The position numbers were made by a program, and so were the translations under genes. Positions 24,131 to 38,569 of a DNA stretch of 64,000 nt are shown piece by piece. The stretch's first letter is position 1. Each line of letters begins with the position of its first letter. The stretch comes from Octopus vulgaris (taxonomy: Eukaryota), in contig OX597828.1 in the NCBI GenBank assembly GCA_951406725.2, positions 15,004,001 to 15,068,000 on the forward strand. Reading direction: 5' to 3'. The notes beneath the pieces were generated by a model, which was not told the origin of the DNA, made no database searches, and worked only from the letters and a program-made list of their open reading frames with translations.

Positions 24131-27100
24131 ACTAAAATATGCCTGTTTTTATATTCTATTAGCTATGATAGATTATTGTTTTAACATCATTCATTTGTTT
24201 TACATCCATTTTTCCATACCAGCATGGATTAGATGAATATGTTGTTGAGGCATTGTTTTACAACCGAATGCCCTTCTTGACACCAACTCTTCTTGTTCTT
24301 AAAAAATAAGAAATTTCTTATTCTACATGGCTTTGGAGGTACAAGGCAAGTCAGCAAATCTTATAATTTGAGAATATTTTTCTTTAGATAGTAAACCTCT
24401 CTGCCTAGTTTGATAAAATGTTTCACTTTTAAATTTGTTGTTCATTTAGCTTGTCTGGTGTTTTAAGAATTACCTATTTGTCTGGACACACTACACATAA
24501 TGTTTTGAGTGTACCTTCATTTAAACTGAGGATTTAATTGCTATATTTTATGGTTTGCAGTCTTTCAGGTGACTAATTCACTTATTCAGATATTTGCATG
24601 TTTATATATATACCTATAAATTTTCATTAGTCAGCCTCCTTTGATTGGTCAAGCTGTGTTGATAATTGGTTATATAGATAACATTGCTGCTGTCTTGTCA
24701 TTGCTATGTCATCCTTTTACTTAATCATCCTCTCTGTAACATCAACCAATTTTTCAATAGGAATCAATTTTGGTGTCTGCACTGGGATATGATCTCATTT
24801 AACCAATCGATAATGGTAATGATATTGTATTTCTCTGTAATGCATACTGGGTACTTCCTAAAACCAGTGAAATTGGGTGTCACACTTTTATTTAAAACGA
24901 TGAATGAGGCAATAAAAATTACATCCAGTCCAAAAATTTACAGACATCTTTGAATTTATTTCTTACAAATAGTTTGGCTGGTGTATGAAGAATTGTATGC
25001 CCTTTTACATATATTCATACACACACATTCATTTAAAACTGATGATTTGTCTGCTGCTCAAGTCAGGAGACTAATTCAGATATCGAAATAGTTACAGTCT
25101 TGTATGTGCCTATCATTCACACTGGTCAGCCTGTTTTTATTAGTCAGTCTATTTTAGTAGTTGACTGTAATCTATTGAGTGGATACATATTGTGTTCTGC
25201 TACCTTGTCACTACTACATAAATAGTATGTTTTCCCTCTCTGCAACTCCAACAGATTTTTTTGTCAATATGAATTGATTTTGATATCTGCCCCGAGAAAC
25301 AATATCATTTCTCCCACTGGTATTGATGATTATATTGTGTATTTTTCTGTTGGGCATCCTGGGTACTTCTCAGAACTATGCACATAAGAAGTGGTACAGT
25401 TATTTTTAAAAACTGGCAAGAGGGAAATGCCCAGAGATGTATGCTGCATGAGATATGTTTTGAAAGTTACAGTTTTAATGATATAATAAAACAGTCATCC
25501 AAACCACCAATTCTGCTTGGAAATGAATAATTTAAATAATTACAAAAGGAGTAATTTTGGTGGGTATTACATCAAGTATTTTAATACCCACTTTACTATA
25601 ATCTATTATTGTGAAGTTTATATGTTAATATTTTTCTGCTTTGGGTTTCAATTGTGCATAACAAAGATAGTGCATTCTTTTCATATACATTGCAAGATGA
25701 GGGTATATGCTGAGTATTTCTAACTTAAAAGTTCTACACATTACCCTGATGTAGTTTTCATTGATAAGTACATCTTGCACATAAAAAAAAGCACCTTTCG
25801 AGCATTGGGCCTCATGGATGCAAAGACAAATGACTGAGACCTTTGGCAATATGCTGTGCTTGAGAAGAAGACCCATCGTGCTAAGTGAAATCATAGTTGT
25901 AGTAGATATTGGATGCACACAACTGGCACCCATGCTGATAGCATGCAAAAGCACCCATTACACTGTTGGAGTGGTTAATGTTAGGAAGGACATCCAGCTG
26001 TAGAAACCATGCCAAATCAGACTGGAGTCTGGTGCAGCCTCTGGTCAAACCGTCAAACCCATGCCAGCATGGACAACAGACGTTAAATGATGATATATAT
26101 ATATATACACACACCAAGTATGTTACTGATCTGTTTCTGTTGTATCTCTTTTCAGTCATGAGCTGTGGGTTACTAGCTATTTGGTTCTCATTCTAAATGG
26201 CATGCTATTTGTTCTATATGTAAGTGCAGCTAACTTTTCTCATCTTCATACTAAAGAACTTATACTACTTATGGTGAGCTGGAAAATGTTTCATAAGATT
26301 TTACATTACATTTAGGCTGAAGGGTAGGTTAAATGACAGAGGTTTTGATTTGTTTTACATTAGGCATATAACTTATTGTTTCTGTTTTATGCATTTATTA
26401 CAGAATTATGGATCTTAGTAATTCTTTGTTAAGTTTTCTATAGGCATAGAGCTTTCCTGTGTTTAAGTTCTGAGGTTGAATTTCTTGAGTCTTTCCTTAA
26501 CTTAAAAATTCTTGCTTATTCGCACATTAGGAAACTGATAGGCCATCATCTCTGAGTAACCTCATCACAAAATGGTTGAATATACTTATATAGCAATCCC
26601 AGTAAGTGAAGTCCCATTAGTTCACATAATTTGGCTCCGTAATAGTTCTAACTACTTACATCCAAAAGCTCTTCATTAACTTATTTCACTGGGGGAATTT
26701 CATAGAAAAGTTACTGTTTATTGATTGTTGATGGTAGGGGTCTTTTCATAAATTCTAGTTTTTATCAGAAATTTTCCAATTGACAGGTAAAAATCTATTT
26801 TGTCAACGTGGGTAAAATATCTGTAACTCTGTCCTTTGTTCAGTTGAACCAGTTAATAACAGATGTGCTATAGACCCATTCCTTTTAACTTAGGCTTTTG
26901 TTTGATTTGGAAGTTGATCTCTTCTAAAATGTTTTAGATTTTTTTTCTTATATGAGCATCAAGGGAGCCTCTGTCTACATGGTCATTTGACCTGTAGAAA
27001 TAGTATTCAAATTATGTCCTACAGTCTTGAAACCAGAAGGTCATATTTGAGAGAGTGGTAAGGCAGTCATGGCTGGAAGTTCTTTAATGAGAGATTTATG

Positions 27101-29314
27101 AAGTTAGTGTTAATTTGGTGCTAAACAACACTTGAAAATAAGTGTTGCCACTGCTTATTGTTTAAATTTACATCATTATTCTATCTATCTACAACTAGGT
27201 TGACAATGAACCAACAAGAGTTAATTGTCATCTCAATGAGAAGTGCAATAATCAACATCATAGTCCCAACATGATCCATTCACTTAATGATCCCATCACC
27301 ACATCTCTATCTCTCTCTCTCTCTAATTATATAAATACTTCTTAGACATACTAACAAGTACAATATATCAATTAGCTCACAGTTTTGAGGGTAGGATTTA
27401 AAATTTGAAAATTCTAAATTGAATAATTCACAATTACCTGGACTCAAATTTGGCAGGATTTAATATCTCTCTAAGCATGTTAATATGATAATTAAAATAA
27501 TTTGATTTACAAATTAATTTGAGAATGATTTAATATTAATGACATTAAGAACACCAAATAAACATAAAATTGAAAAACTTAAAATAAAGGGCTTGAATTT
27601 GAACAGATGTTGAAAAGTTTGGGATTATCTCTAAATATATTCCTGAATGATTATGTCATCAAATCAAAAGAATTAATTCTATTAATGAAATAATTTAATG
27701 AAATTCAGCTTCTAACAGCAATCTCATTTTTTCATATGTTTGAGTTGGCCTGCTTTGATCAAGCAACAAATCTTGAATGAAAGGCATTCTAGCTATGATC
27801 CACTTAGCTTTCAATTATCCATCCATTTTTCTTGCTGTCCCACTATTCATTGGGAGAATTATGAGGGGAGAGTCTTCAGGCACCCCTTCCATTAGGGTGC
27901 TATCATTAAACTTCCCTGCTGGATTCCAAAGCATGACCAACTAAGGGACTATGGATATTATCTAATCATGTTGTTCAAGGTCTACTCCCAAGTCTCTTGC
28001 TGGTTGACTTGGCTTGAAGAATTTTTATTGCAATTCTTTCCTGTGGCAGTCTAACCACATATCTATAGGGCCAGAGCTGTGACTTCTCAATGCAGAGAGT
28101 TAGAGGCTTGATCTGGAAAAACTCCCTAGTCTCTGAGCTTTTATTTTTTTCCCCCCGCATGAGAGACACTTGTATGCTATTTTTTGCAAATCAAGCTACT
28201 GCAGAGAGACTCACAAGATTAACTTGTGTACATGAAACCAAAGGTTATGTATTCTATCAACAGGTATCCAGTGCAATAGCAAATATGCCACATATTCTCA
28301 TTAATTATAGAACTTGTGACAATGTTCTTTCATTATGTCTTTCAAAACTAATACCTGGTGCAGAGTCACTGCCAACAGGAATACTGTAAAAATATCCTTT
28401 TGGTGTTCACAGCTGTAGCATCCTGCTTGAGAAACTTGGGAGACACCAATATTAGTCTATTAAATCAACCTCAGGATGTAACTGTTAGCGTATTTAATCA
28501 ACCTCTGAAAGGATGGAAAACAAGGTTGATTTTGGTGGAATGGAACTGAGCATAGAGTCATTAGTCCTTTGTGGTGCTTGTTCCATCTCTCTCTGTATTC
28601 TAAGTTCACATCCTGCCACGGTCAACTTAGCCTTTTATTCTTTCAAAGTTGATAGAAAAAGAATCAATCCATGAGGTTGGATTAGCAGAACTGTTAAACA
28701 GTCAGACCAGATTCTAGTGGTATTTGTCCTAGTTCTTTGCATTTTGCAATCACATCCCCCTACAAAAGCCTACTCAGTCACCCAGTTTTACACCACCACC
28801 TGACATTTTCAATGTCTTTAGTAGAATCCCTTCTGTTGCAAGCATTCAGAACAGGTTTCAAATTTAAGGATACTTTCCTCACCTGACTAAAGTATTTTAT
28901 CTAAAGTCTTAATGATTTTGCCAATCAACTATATTGGTCAAACCAATCTATTTATGCGTTTGTTAAAATATTAATACTGCTGAAAGATTTTAGCTCTTTA
29001 GCCTAAGGTGTTTATAAAATAAGCCTAAGAGTTGTTCAGGCACATAAATTCAGTAAACCACACCAAATTTTAAATATTTACTGTAAGTTTTTTTTTAAGT
29101 ATAGGGATTAAAGCAAAAATATTTATGCATTTTATTCTTGCATATTCTGATAATTTAGGTAATTAATATTTTAAAATTAAATTGCTTATAATGCAATCAA
29201 ATCAGAATTTGAATTTTGACGTAATTAGGGCACATGGCACTTGCTTTTTTAGTTTTCCTTAATTTTTGTTCTTTTTCTCTTGCATTTTTACCTTTTATTA
29301 CAAATCATGTATAT

Positions 29315-29347
<33 letters not shown>

Positions 29348-30321
29348 AACAAAGATTGGATAATAAAATTATCAACTGATAAGCATTCCTTGAAACAATA
29401 CCTCAAAATCTTTCACTCACTACTCATTCATGCTATTTTTTAAGAACATATTTCTTTAAATCATAACCATTAACAGAAAATTTGTCTTGATAGTTTTCTC
29501 AACAAAATATGAGTATATGGGCCTTTCGTTGTTTTTTTCCTCCAGTAAACATTTACCTCATAGAGAAATATTTAAAGTATCATTAGGTTCAGGTTGTTTT
29601 GTTTGTTTTTTATGTGCGTGAATTCAGTTGCTCTCTGGGAATTTTTAAGGTTTTGTTTAATCTAGTCATTTGTTTTTACACAAGTCTAAAGTTGACATCC
29701 ACCCCGAGTAAGTTAGGCTCTTATATAAATTAATTGGAGATATGTGGATAGTGGTTTAATATAAGTACTAAATTCACTAGAACCAGTCTTATTTTCACAG
29801 CCGAGAGATGGTTGTCTCCTATGCAACGATTATCATAAAAATAATATAATTTGAAAAAAGAAAAGAGAAAATAGCATTTTCAAATTTTCAATCTAAGCCC
29901 ACTCAGCCAATGTCATACTGAAACACTTTACAAAACAAAATATTAATAGTTTATAACTTCTTATAAACTATTAAATTTTTTCCCTCATATTAATATTTTT
30001 AATTATGTGAACATTTACTAATTGCATTTGTAATGTCATGCCAAAACAAATTTTTTTTCTCAAATGTAAGGCAAATATATCATTTCTTTTTTTTTTTTTT
30101 TTGAAAACTTTTTTTTTTGTTTCCTCATCAAAATCACTATCATGTATATCATTTAATGTGTGATGCTGTCAACTTATTCAAACTCAAAAGATAACTATTT
30201 TTTTTTCCTTTTTTTAAAGAATATATGAAGAATTTGAAATATGATCCCAATAACATGTGAATAAAAATACCCAGTTCCCTTTGTTATCTTTGTGTTTTCA
30301 TTGTTTATTATCATTATTACT

Positions 30322-30543
30322 AAGGCAATGAGCTGGCAGAATCATTAGCATGCGAGGCAAAACGCTTAGTGGCATTTTGTCTGCATTTACATTCTGAGTT
30401 CAAATTCCACTGAAGCCAACTTTGCCTTTCATACTTTTAGGGGTCAATAAAATAAGTACCAGTTGAGCACTGGGGTTGATGTAATCGACTTCTCCTCTCC
30501 ACAAAAATTGCTGGCCTTGTGCCAACATTTGAAATTATTATTA
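30322..30543 (+). mobile_element. SINE family B
   Basis: Full head-to-tail copy ending ttgaaattattatta. Confidence 0.85.
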
Positions 30544-30916
30544 CCACAGAATGCAAAAAGGCAAGGAGCTAGCTCAATTGCTATAACATCAGAAAAAAAT
30601 GCCTCGCAATATTTCTTCTGGCTCTTCATGTACTAAATTCAAATCTTACCATGGTCAATTTTTCCTCACAAACTTTTGGGCTTGAGAAAATAAAGTGCTA
30701 GTTAAGTACCAGAGTCTATGTAATCTCCTCAGAATTGCTGGTCTTTTGTTAAGTCAAAAACCATCACTGTGAAGAGCAGTGTCTTGACAGAATCATTAGA
30801 GCTTAAAACAAAATGTTTAGTGACATTTCTGCCAGCTCTTTACTTTCTGAGTTCAAATGCAAAGTCAATTTTGTGTTTTACCCTTCCAAGGTTGATAAAA
30901 TAAAGTACCACTCAAG

Positions 30917-31270
30917 TACTCTTTTATTTGTTTCAGTCATTTGACTGCAGCCATGGTGGAGCACCGCCTTTAGTCAAGCAAATCGACCCCAGGACTTATT
31001 CTTTGTAAGCCTGGTACTTATTCTATCAGTCTCTTTTGCCGAACCGCTATGTTACGGGGAAGTAAACACACCAGCATCGGTTGTCAAGCGATATTGGGGT
31101 GACAGACACACAAGCATACACACACATATATATAATTATATACATATATACGACGGGCTTCTTTCAGTTTCTGTCTACCAAATCCACTCACAAGGCTTTG
31201 GTCGGCCCAAGACTATAATAGAAGACACTATGTGGTTGGTAAGCAAGCTACTTACCACACACAGCCTATA
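30917..31270 (-). mobile_element. SINE family A nested in a family-B copy
   Basis: Interrupts family B after ...aagtaccactcaagt; family B resumes near 31270. Confidence 0.85.
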
Positions 31271-32424
31271 CTGGGAAAATTTAATTAACTATTCTTCTCC
31301 AAATTTCAGATCTTGTGCCTATATTAGAAACAATTACGGATGCTGGACAGGCAGAATTGTTAGAGCAAAAGACAAAATGCCAAGTAGTGTTTAGTTACAA
31401 GCTTTTACATTCTGAATTCAACACCACCTGAACTGACCAAAGTGGATTTGGTAGACAGAAACTGAAAGAAGCACATCACATAAGACTAATCACAAAATGC
31501 TGAGCCTTACGAAAATAGCAAAGAACCAAGATTGTTGTACTCAAGAAGACCTGTACTCTACTATAGAATTAATATCCTAAAACCACAGTGCCATGTAAAA
31601 GGCACCCGGTACACTTTGTAAAGTGGTTGGCATAAGGAAGGGAAACCAAGCCAAAACAACTCTGGAATCTCGTGTGGCCCCCTAGCCATACTAGTTCCAG
31701 TCAAGTTGTCCAACCCATGCCAGCATGGAAAACTGACAATAAATGATGATGATGTGTGTGCCCTTATCTTGTAACGGTCATAAACTGTCATACAAGTGGT
31801 GTTTGTTTCCATTCTTCCATGAAAAACATCTGGTCATGGGGAAAATAATATCTTGTTTGAAAAGGGATGGCAATAGGAAGGGCATCTAGCTGTTGAAAAT
31901 CTGTCTCAACAAATTCCACCTGAACCCCTACAAGCATTGAAAAGAGGATATTAAATGATGATGATGATAAAAAAAATGTGTAGCAAATTGAGAAGAGAAT
32001 AACTTCTCTTAAGTGCTGGTTCAATGATAAAATGAGCCAAGGACATGCTCAAAATTATAGTAGGTATTAAGAGAAACAGCTAGCAAAGGAGACCATATAA
32101 AAATGGAACATGAAAGCATCTAGCTAATAAATCTTGCTCAAACATTGTTTGCACTTACAGTTTCTGCTTGATCAGAGTATCCATGTGACCTGAACTGATA
32201 AATGGTAGACCAAATATTCTCTTCTTTCTGACTCTATACATCTGAAGAAGTGGAGGAGTTCCATGCCCACAAACCTTTAATTAATTTGGAGCATAGTCAA
32301 GCTCTTGTTAATTACTTACAACTCCAAATGAATGTGCTGAGTGCTGCTCACTTTAATTTGTTCACCTATTCCTATATTCATTCATTTTTACATCCATGTT
32401 TCCCTGCTAGAATAAGCAAGATAA

Positions 32425-32671
32425 TAAATAAATGCTCCCTTTTTAAAGCCTAGCCAGGATCATGGGCCCAGTTTCTATAGCATATGTGTTCCCCAGTTGG
32501 ACGGGACACCAGTCCATCGCAGCATTATTCATTTTTGCCAGCTGAGTGAACTGGAGCAACATGAAATGAAGTGTTTTGCTCAAGAACACAACGCATCGCC
32601 CAGTCCAGGAATCGAAACCAATCTTACGATCATGATGCAGACACCCTAACCACTAAGCCACGCACCTCCAC
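32425..32671 (-). mobile_element. tRNA-derived SINE, third family
   Basis: Minus strand gtggcttagtggttagg (A box), gtttcgattcc (B box), then gttgtgttcttgagcaaaacactt, with a (TTA)-rich tail. Confidence 0.8.
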
Positions 32672-32920
32672 AGGCAAGATGAATATTGAAGCATTACTTT
32701 AATACCAGATGCCCTTCCTGTGGCGAACTCTAATCTGTTTGTTTTTTAAGTAAGGTATTCCTTATTTCACACAGCTTTGAAGTTGTGAAGCAAGTAGACA
32801 ATTTATTGATAGCTGAAGTGAAAGCAACACAAATGTAAACAACTACAAAGACACACATATGCTATGCAGAGAAATATTTAAGTTTTTACAAAAAATATTT
32901 GATACAGCCACAAAATAGTT

Positions 32921-33268
32921 TACTCTTACTTGTTTCAGCCATTTGACTGTGGCCATGCGGGAGCGCTGCCTTTAGTCGAGTAAATCGACCCCAGGACTTA
33001 TTCTTTGAAAGCCTAGTACTTATTCTATCGGTCTCTTTTGCCATTCCGCTAGGTTACAGGGACGTAAACACACCAGCATCAGTTGTCAAGCGATGTTGGG
33101 GGGGACATACATACACATATAGTTTCCATCTACCAAATCCACTCACAAGGCTTTGGTCGACCTGAGGCTATAGCAGAAGACACTTGCCCAAGGTGCCACG
33201 CAGTGGGACTGAACCTGGAACCATGTGGTTTGTAAGCAAGCTACTTAACACAAAGCCACTCCTATGCC
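32921..33268 (-). mobile_element. SINE family A
   Basis: Reverse-complement copy. Confidence 0.88.
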
Positions 33269-33504
33269 TTTAAAAAGAGATTTTCTTTATATATATATAC
33301 ATACACACAATGGACTCCTTTAGATTTCCATCTAACAAATTCACTGACAAGGATTGGTTGGCTCTGAGCTATAGTAGATGCTCAAAATGCTGCACAGTGG
33401 GAATGAATCTGAAACCACATGCGCGAATGCAAATTTCATAACTAAACACCCATGCCTGTATTTATCTAGGTGTGTGTGTGTATGTGTGTATATATATATA
33501 TATA

Positions 33505-35688
33505 CTAGCTGAAGGTGACCCACTCTACACGCAGGTAAGAGTGTGGTTGTTACTTTCTGTTGCTTCCTTTCAGCACGTAAAAAGCACCATCCGAATGTGG
33601 TGGATTGCAGTGCCGCCTTGACTGGCTTCTGTGCTGGTGGCACGTAAAAAGCACCAACCGATCGTGACTGCTGCCAGCACCCCTGGCACCTGAAAGAGTG
33701 ATTGGCGTTAGGAAGGGCATCCACCTGTAGAAACACTGCCAGATCAGACTGGAGCCTGGTGCAGCCTCCTGGCTTCACAGACCCCTGTCAAACTGTCCAA
33801 CCCGTGCTAGCACGGAACAATGATGATGATGATTCTCCCTCTTTGTTTCTCTCACTTCCCCATTCTCTTACTCTTCCTTTCTCTCGGACTCTCCCTCGCT
33901 TTCTCTTACTCTCTATCTTTATCTAACTCTCTCCCATTTATAAACAACAAAAGATCTTGAGTAAGTTGAGAAATAAAATATTTAGAAAGATCAATCATAA
34001 ATATCAGGCAGTAACAACAGAAAGGTCTGCTTCAAGGCAGACAGCAAAACACTAACATTTAAAAGGGACAGACGAACTTGCGAGCTGAATAAAAATAATA
34101 AAATATTGGAAACCAAAGTTTGAAGGGATAGAATTTGAGGATAGTAGAGTCACCATGGCTGGCATTTCTTAACGACGGACAGCAACGTATTGACAGTTCA
34201 ACGGCTGGCGTAAAATTTTGAACTTGATGTAAAAGAAAATCCCTAAAAACCAAGTTTTGAATTGATTCTTTCTCACGACAGTAGACTCACGATGGCAAGC
34301 ATTCAAAACTTCACCATGGACGGCAACACATTGACGATTAAAAGGCTGGCACAAATTTTTTAGCTTGATGTAACAGAGAATTGCTAAACACCCGCTCCTT
34401 TAAATTTTAATCCCCTTCCAGCCCCATTTAGACCCCTTTTCACATTTTGGTTAATATAACCCGATTTCATTTGGGTCTACTGGGGCCACATTTTATAAGA
34501 TGAGGACTCAACCAAGTTTCCCGAGTTCTGGTCATAAACCAAGTTCTGGTCATTTGCAGAATAAATAGAGACGGCGGAGGTGGCAGACGTCGTTGCAATG
34601 TAAACATGATTTGTTTTAAGAGAAAGATTGTCCAGATTGTGTGTTGGTGGTGGTGGTTGCGATGATAATTATCTTTAAGAATGGAGATAAAGAGAAATTG
34701 AATGGGAGTTAGAGGTAGAAAGAGAAGGTGTAAATTTTGGAGTGAATCCGACGGGATGTAGTGGGCTTTAACACCGGCAAAAAAAATAATATCTGTTGCG
34801 TTTCTGAAAGAGGTGAAGTAGGAATATTGAAACTTTTGCGGCTGTCATTGATAGACTCGTTGTAGAATAAATAGAGATGGCGAAAAAAGAGAGAGCTCGA
34901 GAAAGAAAAGGTGATATATGAAAGAGAGGATGGGAAAATGAAATATTTTGCAATGTAAACATGATTTGTTTTAAGAGAAAGATTGTCATGATTGTGTGTT
35001 GGTGGTGGCGATGATAATTATCATTAGGAAAAAGAGTGAGTGAGTGAGGAAGACATACATAAGTTGTGGCGATGATAATTGTAGACCCCTTTTCACATTT
35101 TGATGAAGAGAACCCGATTTCATTCGGGTGTACTGGGGCCACATATAGTTGTGTGTGTGCATGCTGTAGAAATTAAATTAGAGATAAAACCACTAATAGG
35201 GAAATGAAACAGTAAAAAAACAAAAACATAAAAATAAAAATATAATATTAGATATATGTATATGTGTGTGTGTGTGTGTGTGTTGACAGGTAGACAATAG
35301 AATGCGATGTCGATGTAATATTTGTTTCTGTCTATGAACGCTGATAGATACACGAGTAAAATGTATGGGAAGCTAAGAGATAGAGTGAGTGAAAATGTTC
35401 TTGGAAGAGAGGAAATAGCGAGAGAGTGATTTGAGGAAGACTTTACATTAAATAACGGTAGTGGACTTGTGAAATGAAGAGGAGTGAGAGGGTACTGGAG
35501 GAAATAGGGTGAGTGAGGAAGATGGCCCCTAGCAACCACACCTTTTAAGATAGGGATTTCTAAGGTAGCCCACGCGCATCGTCACCTCATTCTACATGTC
35601 CCTGTAAATTTTGGAGCGAATCAGACGGGATGTAGTGGCATTGAAAGCGAACCAAGCGGTAAAAACGCATTTCAGTTTTATATATAGA
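33505..35688 (-). mobile_element. Non-autonomous Helitron (rolling-circle element) with internal duplications and a nested RTE-tail repeat
   Basis: Minus strand starts A|TCTATATATAAAACTG at 35688 and ends with the imperfect hairpin acctgcgtgtagagtgggt, then caccttcag and CTAG|T at 33505. It sits in a (TA)n tract and is CpG-richer than its flanks. Confidence 0.75.
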
Positions 35689-35957
35689 TATATATATATA
35701 TATCATTACTAGTAATGGATGCAGTATCAATTCAGAATAGCTTTCTGTATATTATAACATGGAAATTTTTTAAGAAAACCAGAAGTGCGGTATTCACCTT
35801 GAAAAAGCATTACAAATGTATAGTGCTAAAAAGCACAGAAGTGTCCAGCAGTGGTAGTTCAATTGCTATACAACTATACAAGTCTTTCTCAAGATGAATA
35901 CTACAGTGTTGTGGCTTTCTTATAGTATATCCACATTAATATATACAGAATGATATA

Positions 35958-36320
35958 TATCATCATCGTTTAACGGCTGTTTTCCATGCTAGCATGGTTT
36001 GGACAGTTCGACCGGGTCTGGGAAGCCAGGAGGCTGCACCAGGCTCCAGTTTGATCTAGCAGTGTTTCTATAGCTAGATGCCCTTCCTAACGCCAACCAC
36101 TCCGTGAGTGTAGTGGGTGCTCTTTTACGTGCCACCGGCACAGGGACCAGAGGAGGCTGGCAAACGGCCACGATCAGTTGGTGCTTTTTACGTGTCACCG
36201 ACACAGATGCCAGTCAGGCAGAGCTGGCATCAGCCACGTTCGGATGGTGCTTTTTACATGCCACCGGCACGGGTATCTTAACTACAATTTCCATTTGAAT
36301 TTTATTTTGATGTTGGTGTT
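35958..36320 (-). mobile_element. RTE 3'UTR-derived repeat
   Basis: (CAT)n start on +, three ggtgctttttacgtgccaccggcac subrepeats. Confidence 0.85.
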
Positions 36321-38569
36321 GACTATGTATATAATCAAATCAAATAAACAAATATTAAAAATAACAATAAGAGGACATGCACACGGAATGTATTAGTTTG
36401 ATGATCAATAAAAAGTGAGAGTTTTAGACACACTCACAGAACAATCTGTGTGTGTGTGTTTGTAATAGGGCTACATGATTAAGAATTTTACTTGCAACCA
36501 CTTAATTTTGGGTTTAATCCCAGCTTGGGCAAGTGTCTTCTATTATAGCCTTAGGTTGACCAATGCCTTGTAAGTTAAATTTCATAGATACAAACTGTAC
36601 AGAAGCCAGTCAGTCATTACTCACACTCGTAATAATAATATATAATAATAATAATAATTGTGTACAGTGCTCAGGTGCACTACAACTCATCTAAAGTGTA
36701 TATATAATCAGGTGTAGTTTCAGCGGATTTCGGAAAGCATATGTATACATATGTACACGAGTGTTTGTCCCTGCGTGACTTCATAATGATACCACTTGGG
36801 CAACAACGGTTTGTTTATATACTGGATGAACAAAAAGTCTCGTAGCTTAGAGAATTAAGACTGAGAAAATGTGGAATAAAGTACCTGACCTGTAAACAAG
36901 GAGATTGGCATAAAAAAAAGAGCTGTACTACCTCAACATGCATTAACCATCCTATTCTGGCATGGAAAAAGAGAGGTAAAAACGTCAATGACGGTATTCA
37001 TATATATAGATGGACAGATGGAAAGAGAGAAAATCAATTACAAAATACAAAAATGCAAAAACCAGAAGTCCAAGAAACATTCACAATTGATATTATTAGT
37101 TTGATGGTCAAAGAAGGAAAAAAGTTATGAAGTGAAAGTTGTAAAAATGAAATTAGAAAGAAAGCTAGGATTTTTGAGTAATTCATGTGTTTAATATCCG
37201 TGTGTGTGTGTGTGTGTGTAGGAGCTTGGGTGTGGCTGTGTGGTAAGAAGTTTACTTCCCAACCATATGGCTCTAGGTTCATTCCTGCTGCATGGCACCT
37301 TGAACAAGTGTCTCCTACTATAGCCCTGGGTTAACCAAAATCCTGTGAGTGAATTTTGTAGACGCAAACTGAACGAAGCCCATTGTATATGTGTGTCTGT
37401 GTTTGTTTGTCCCTCACCACTGTTTGACAACTGGTATTGGTGTGTTTACATCCCTATAACTTAGCAGTTCAGTAAGAGTCATAAAAATTTTCAAAGCATT
37501 GCCCCAGCATTACTATAGTCTAATAAATGAAACAAGTAAAAAAAATAAAATACTGTATATATATATATATATAGTCTTTTACACACACATACTCCTACCA
37601 ATATGTAATCCCACCACTATTTATAGGATGATAGACAATGAAATGGTAAACTCACAATGTGCTACAAAGGAAAAAATATGTTGCGTTCACAAACAACAAT
37701 CAGCTTACTCCTATCTTCCTCACTATTTGAGAAAAATCATTGAAATTTTTTATGATGTCACGAAAACCCAGCACCGAAGAATAAAACCCTAATTTTACTG
37801 CACCATAAACAATCACCTAGATACACTTACATTTGTCTCTTATTCAATGCTATTTCACACACACACACTGCTATTGTTATTTAAATTTTTAGGTCACAAA
37901 AACCCAGCACTGAAGAACAAAGCTCTAATCTTGAATTCTCCCTGATTAATTCCGAAATAAACTAACTCAATCCTCTTATATTTGTCATCCATTCATTACC
38001 ATTCCCTGCCACCACAGACTTTGCACAGATGAAAGTCTGTATCAACTGCAACAACAGTGACAGACTTCTCTACAGCACTTACTCCAATAGAATTACCTTA
38101 GACTTAGCTATCTTTTTTCCTTTTCTATCAAGCTTAAATTTCCATTTATTGATCATGACAATAATTCTTCTCCAAAAAAAGCTTTTTTCCTTACTTTTTA
38201 CTTATTTCAGTCATTGGACAACAGCCATGCCAGGTATATATTCTATCATTCTCTTTTGTCAAGCAGCTAAATTATGGGGATGTAATCAAATCAACACTGA
38301 CAAGTGGTGGGGGTGGGACAAATACACACACACACAACATGCACACAGCTTCCTTCGGTTGCTTTCTACCAAATCTACTCACAAGGCTTTGGTTGACCCA
38401 GAACTATAGTATAGCTCGCCCAAAGTACTTCGAAGTGAGATTGATCCCAAGACCACATGGTTGGGAAGCAAGCTTCTCAATCACACAGCCATGGTTATTT
38501 TTTAGTTATATTTTGCTTTACAACTTTAGTTAGATCCCTAAATGGCACTTTTAGTTACCATATAACTAA

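Noticed and set aside
32590-32671. tRNA gene candidates (A/B boxes here and in SINE A/B heads)
   Set aside because: No complete cloverleaf or acceptor stem; each continues into a SINE body.
34768-35539. 124-aa and 139-aa ORFs inside the Helitron as captured genes
   Set aside because: Low-complexity, microsatellite-derived translations with no recognisable domain.
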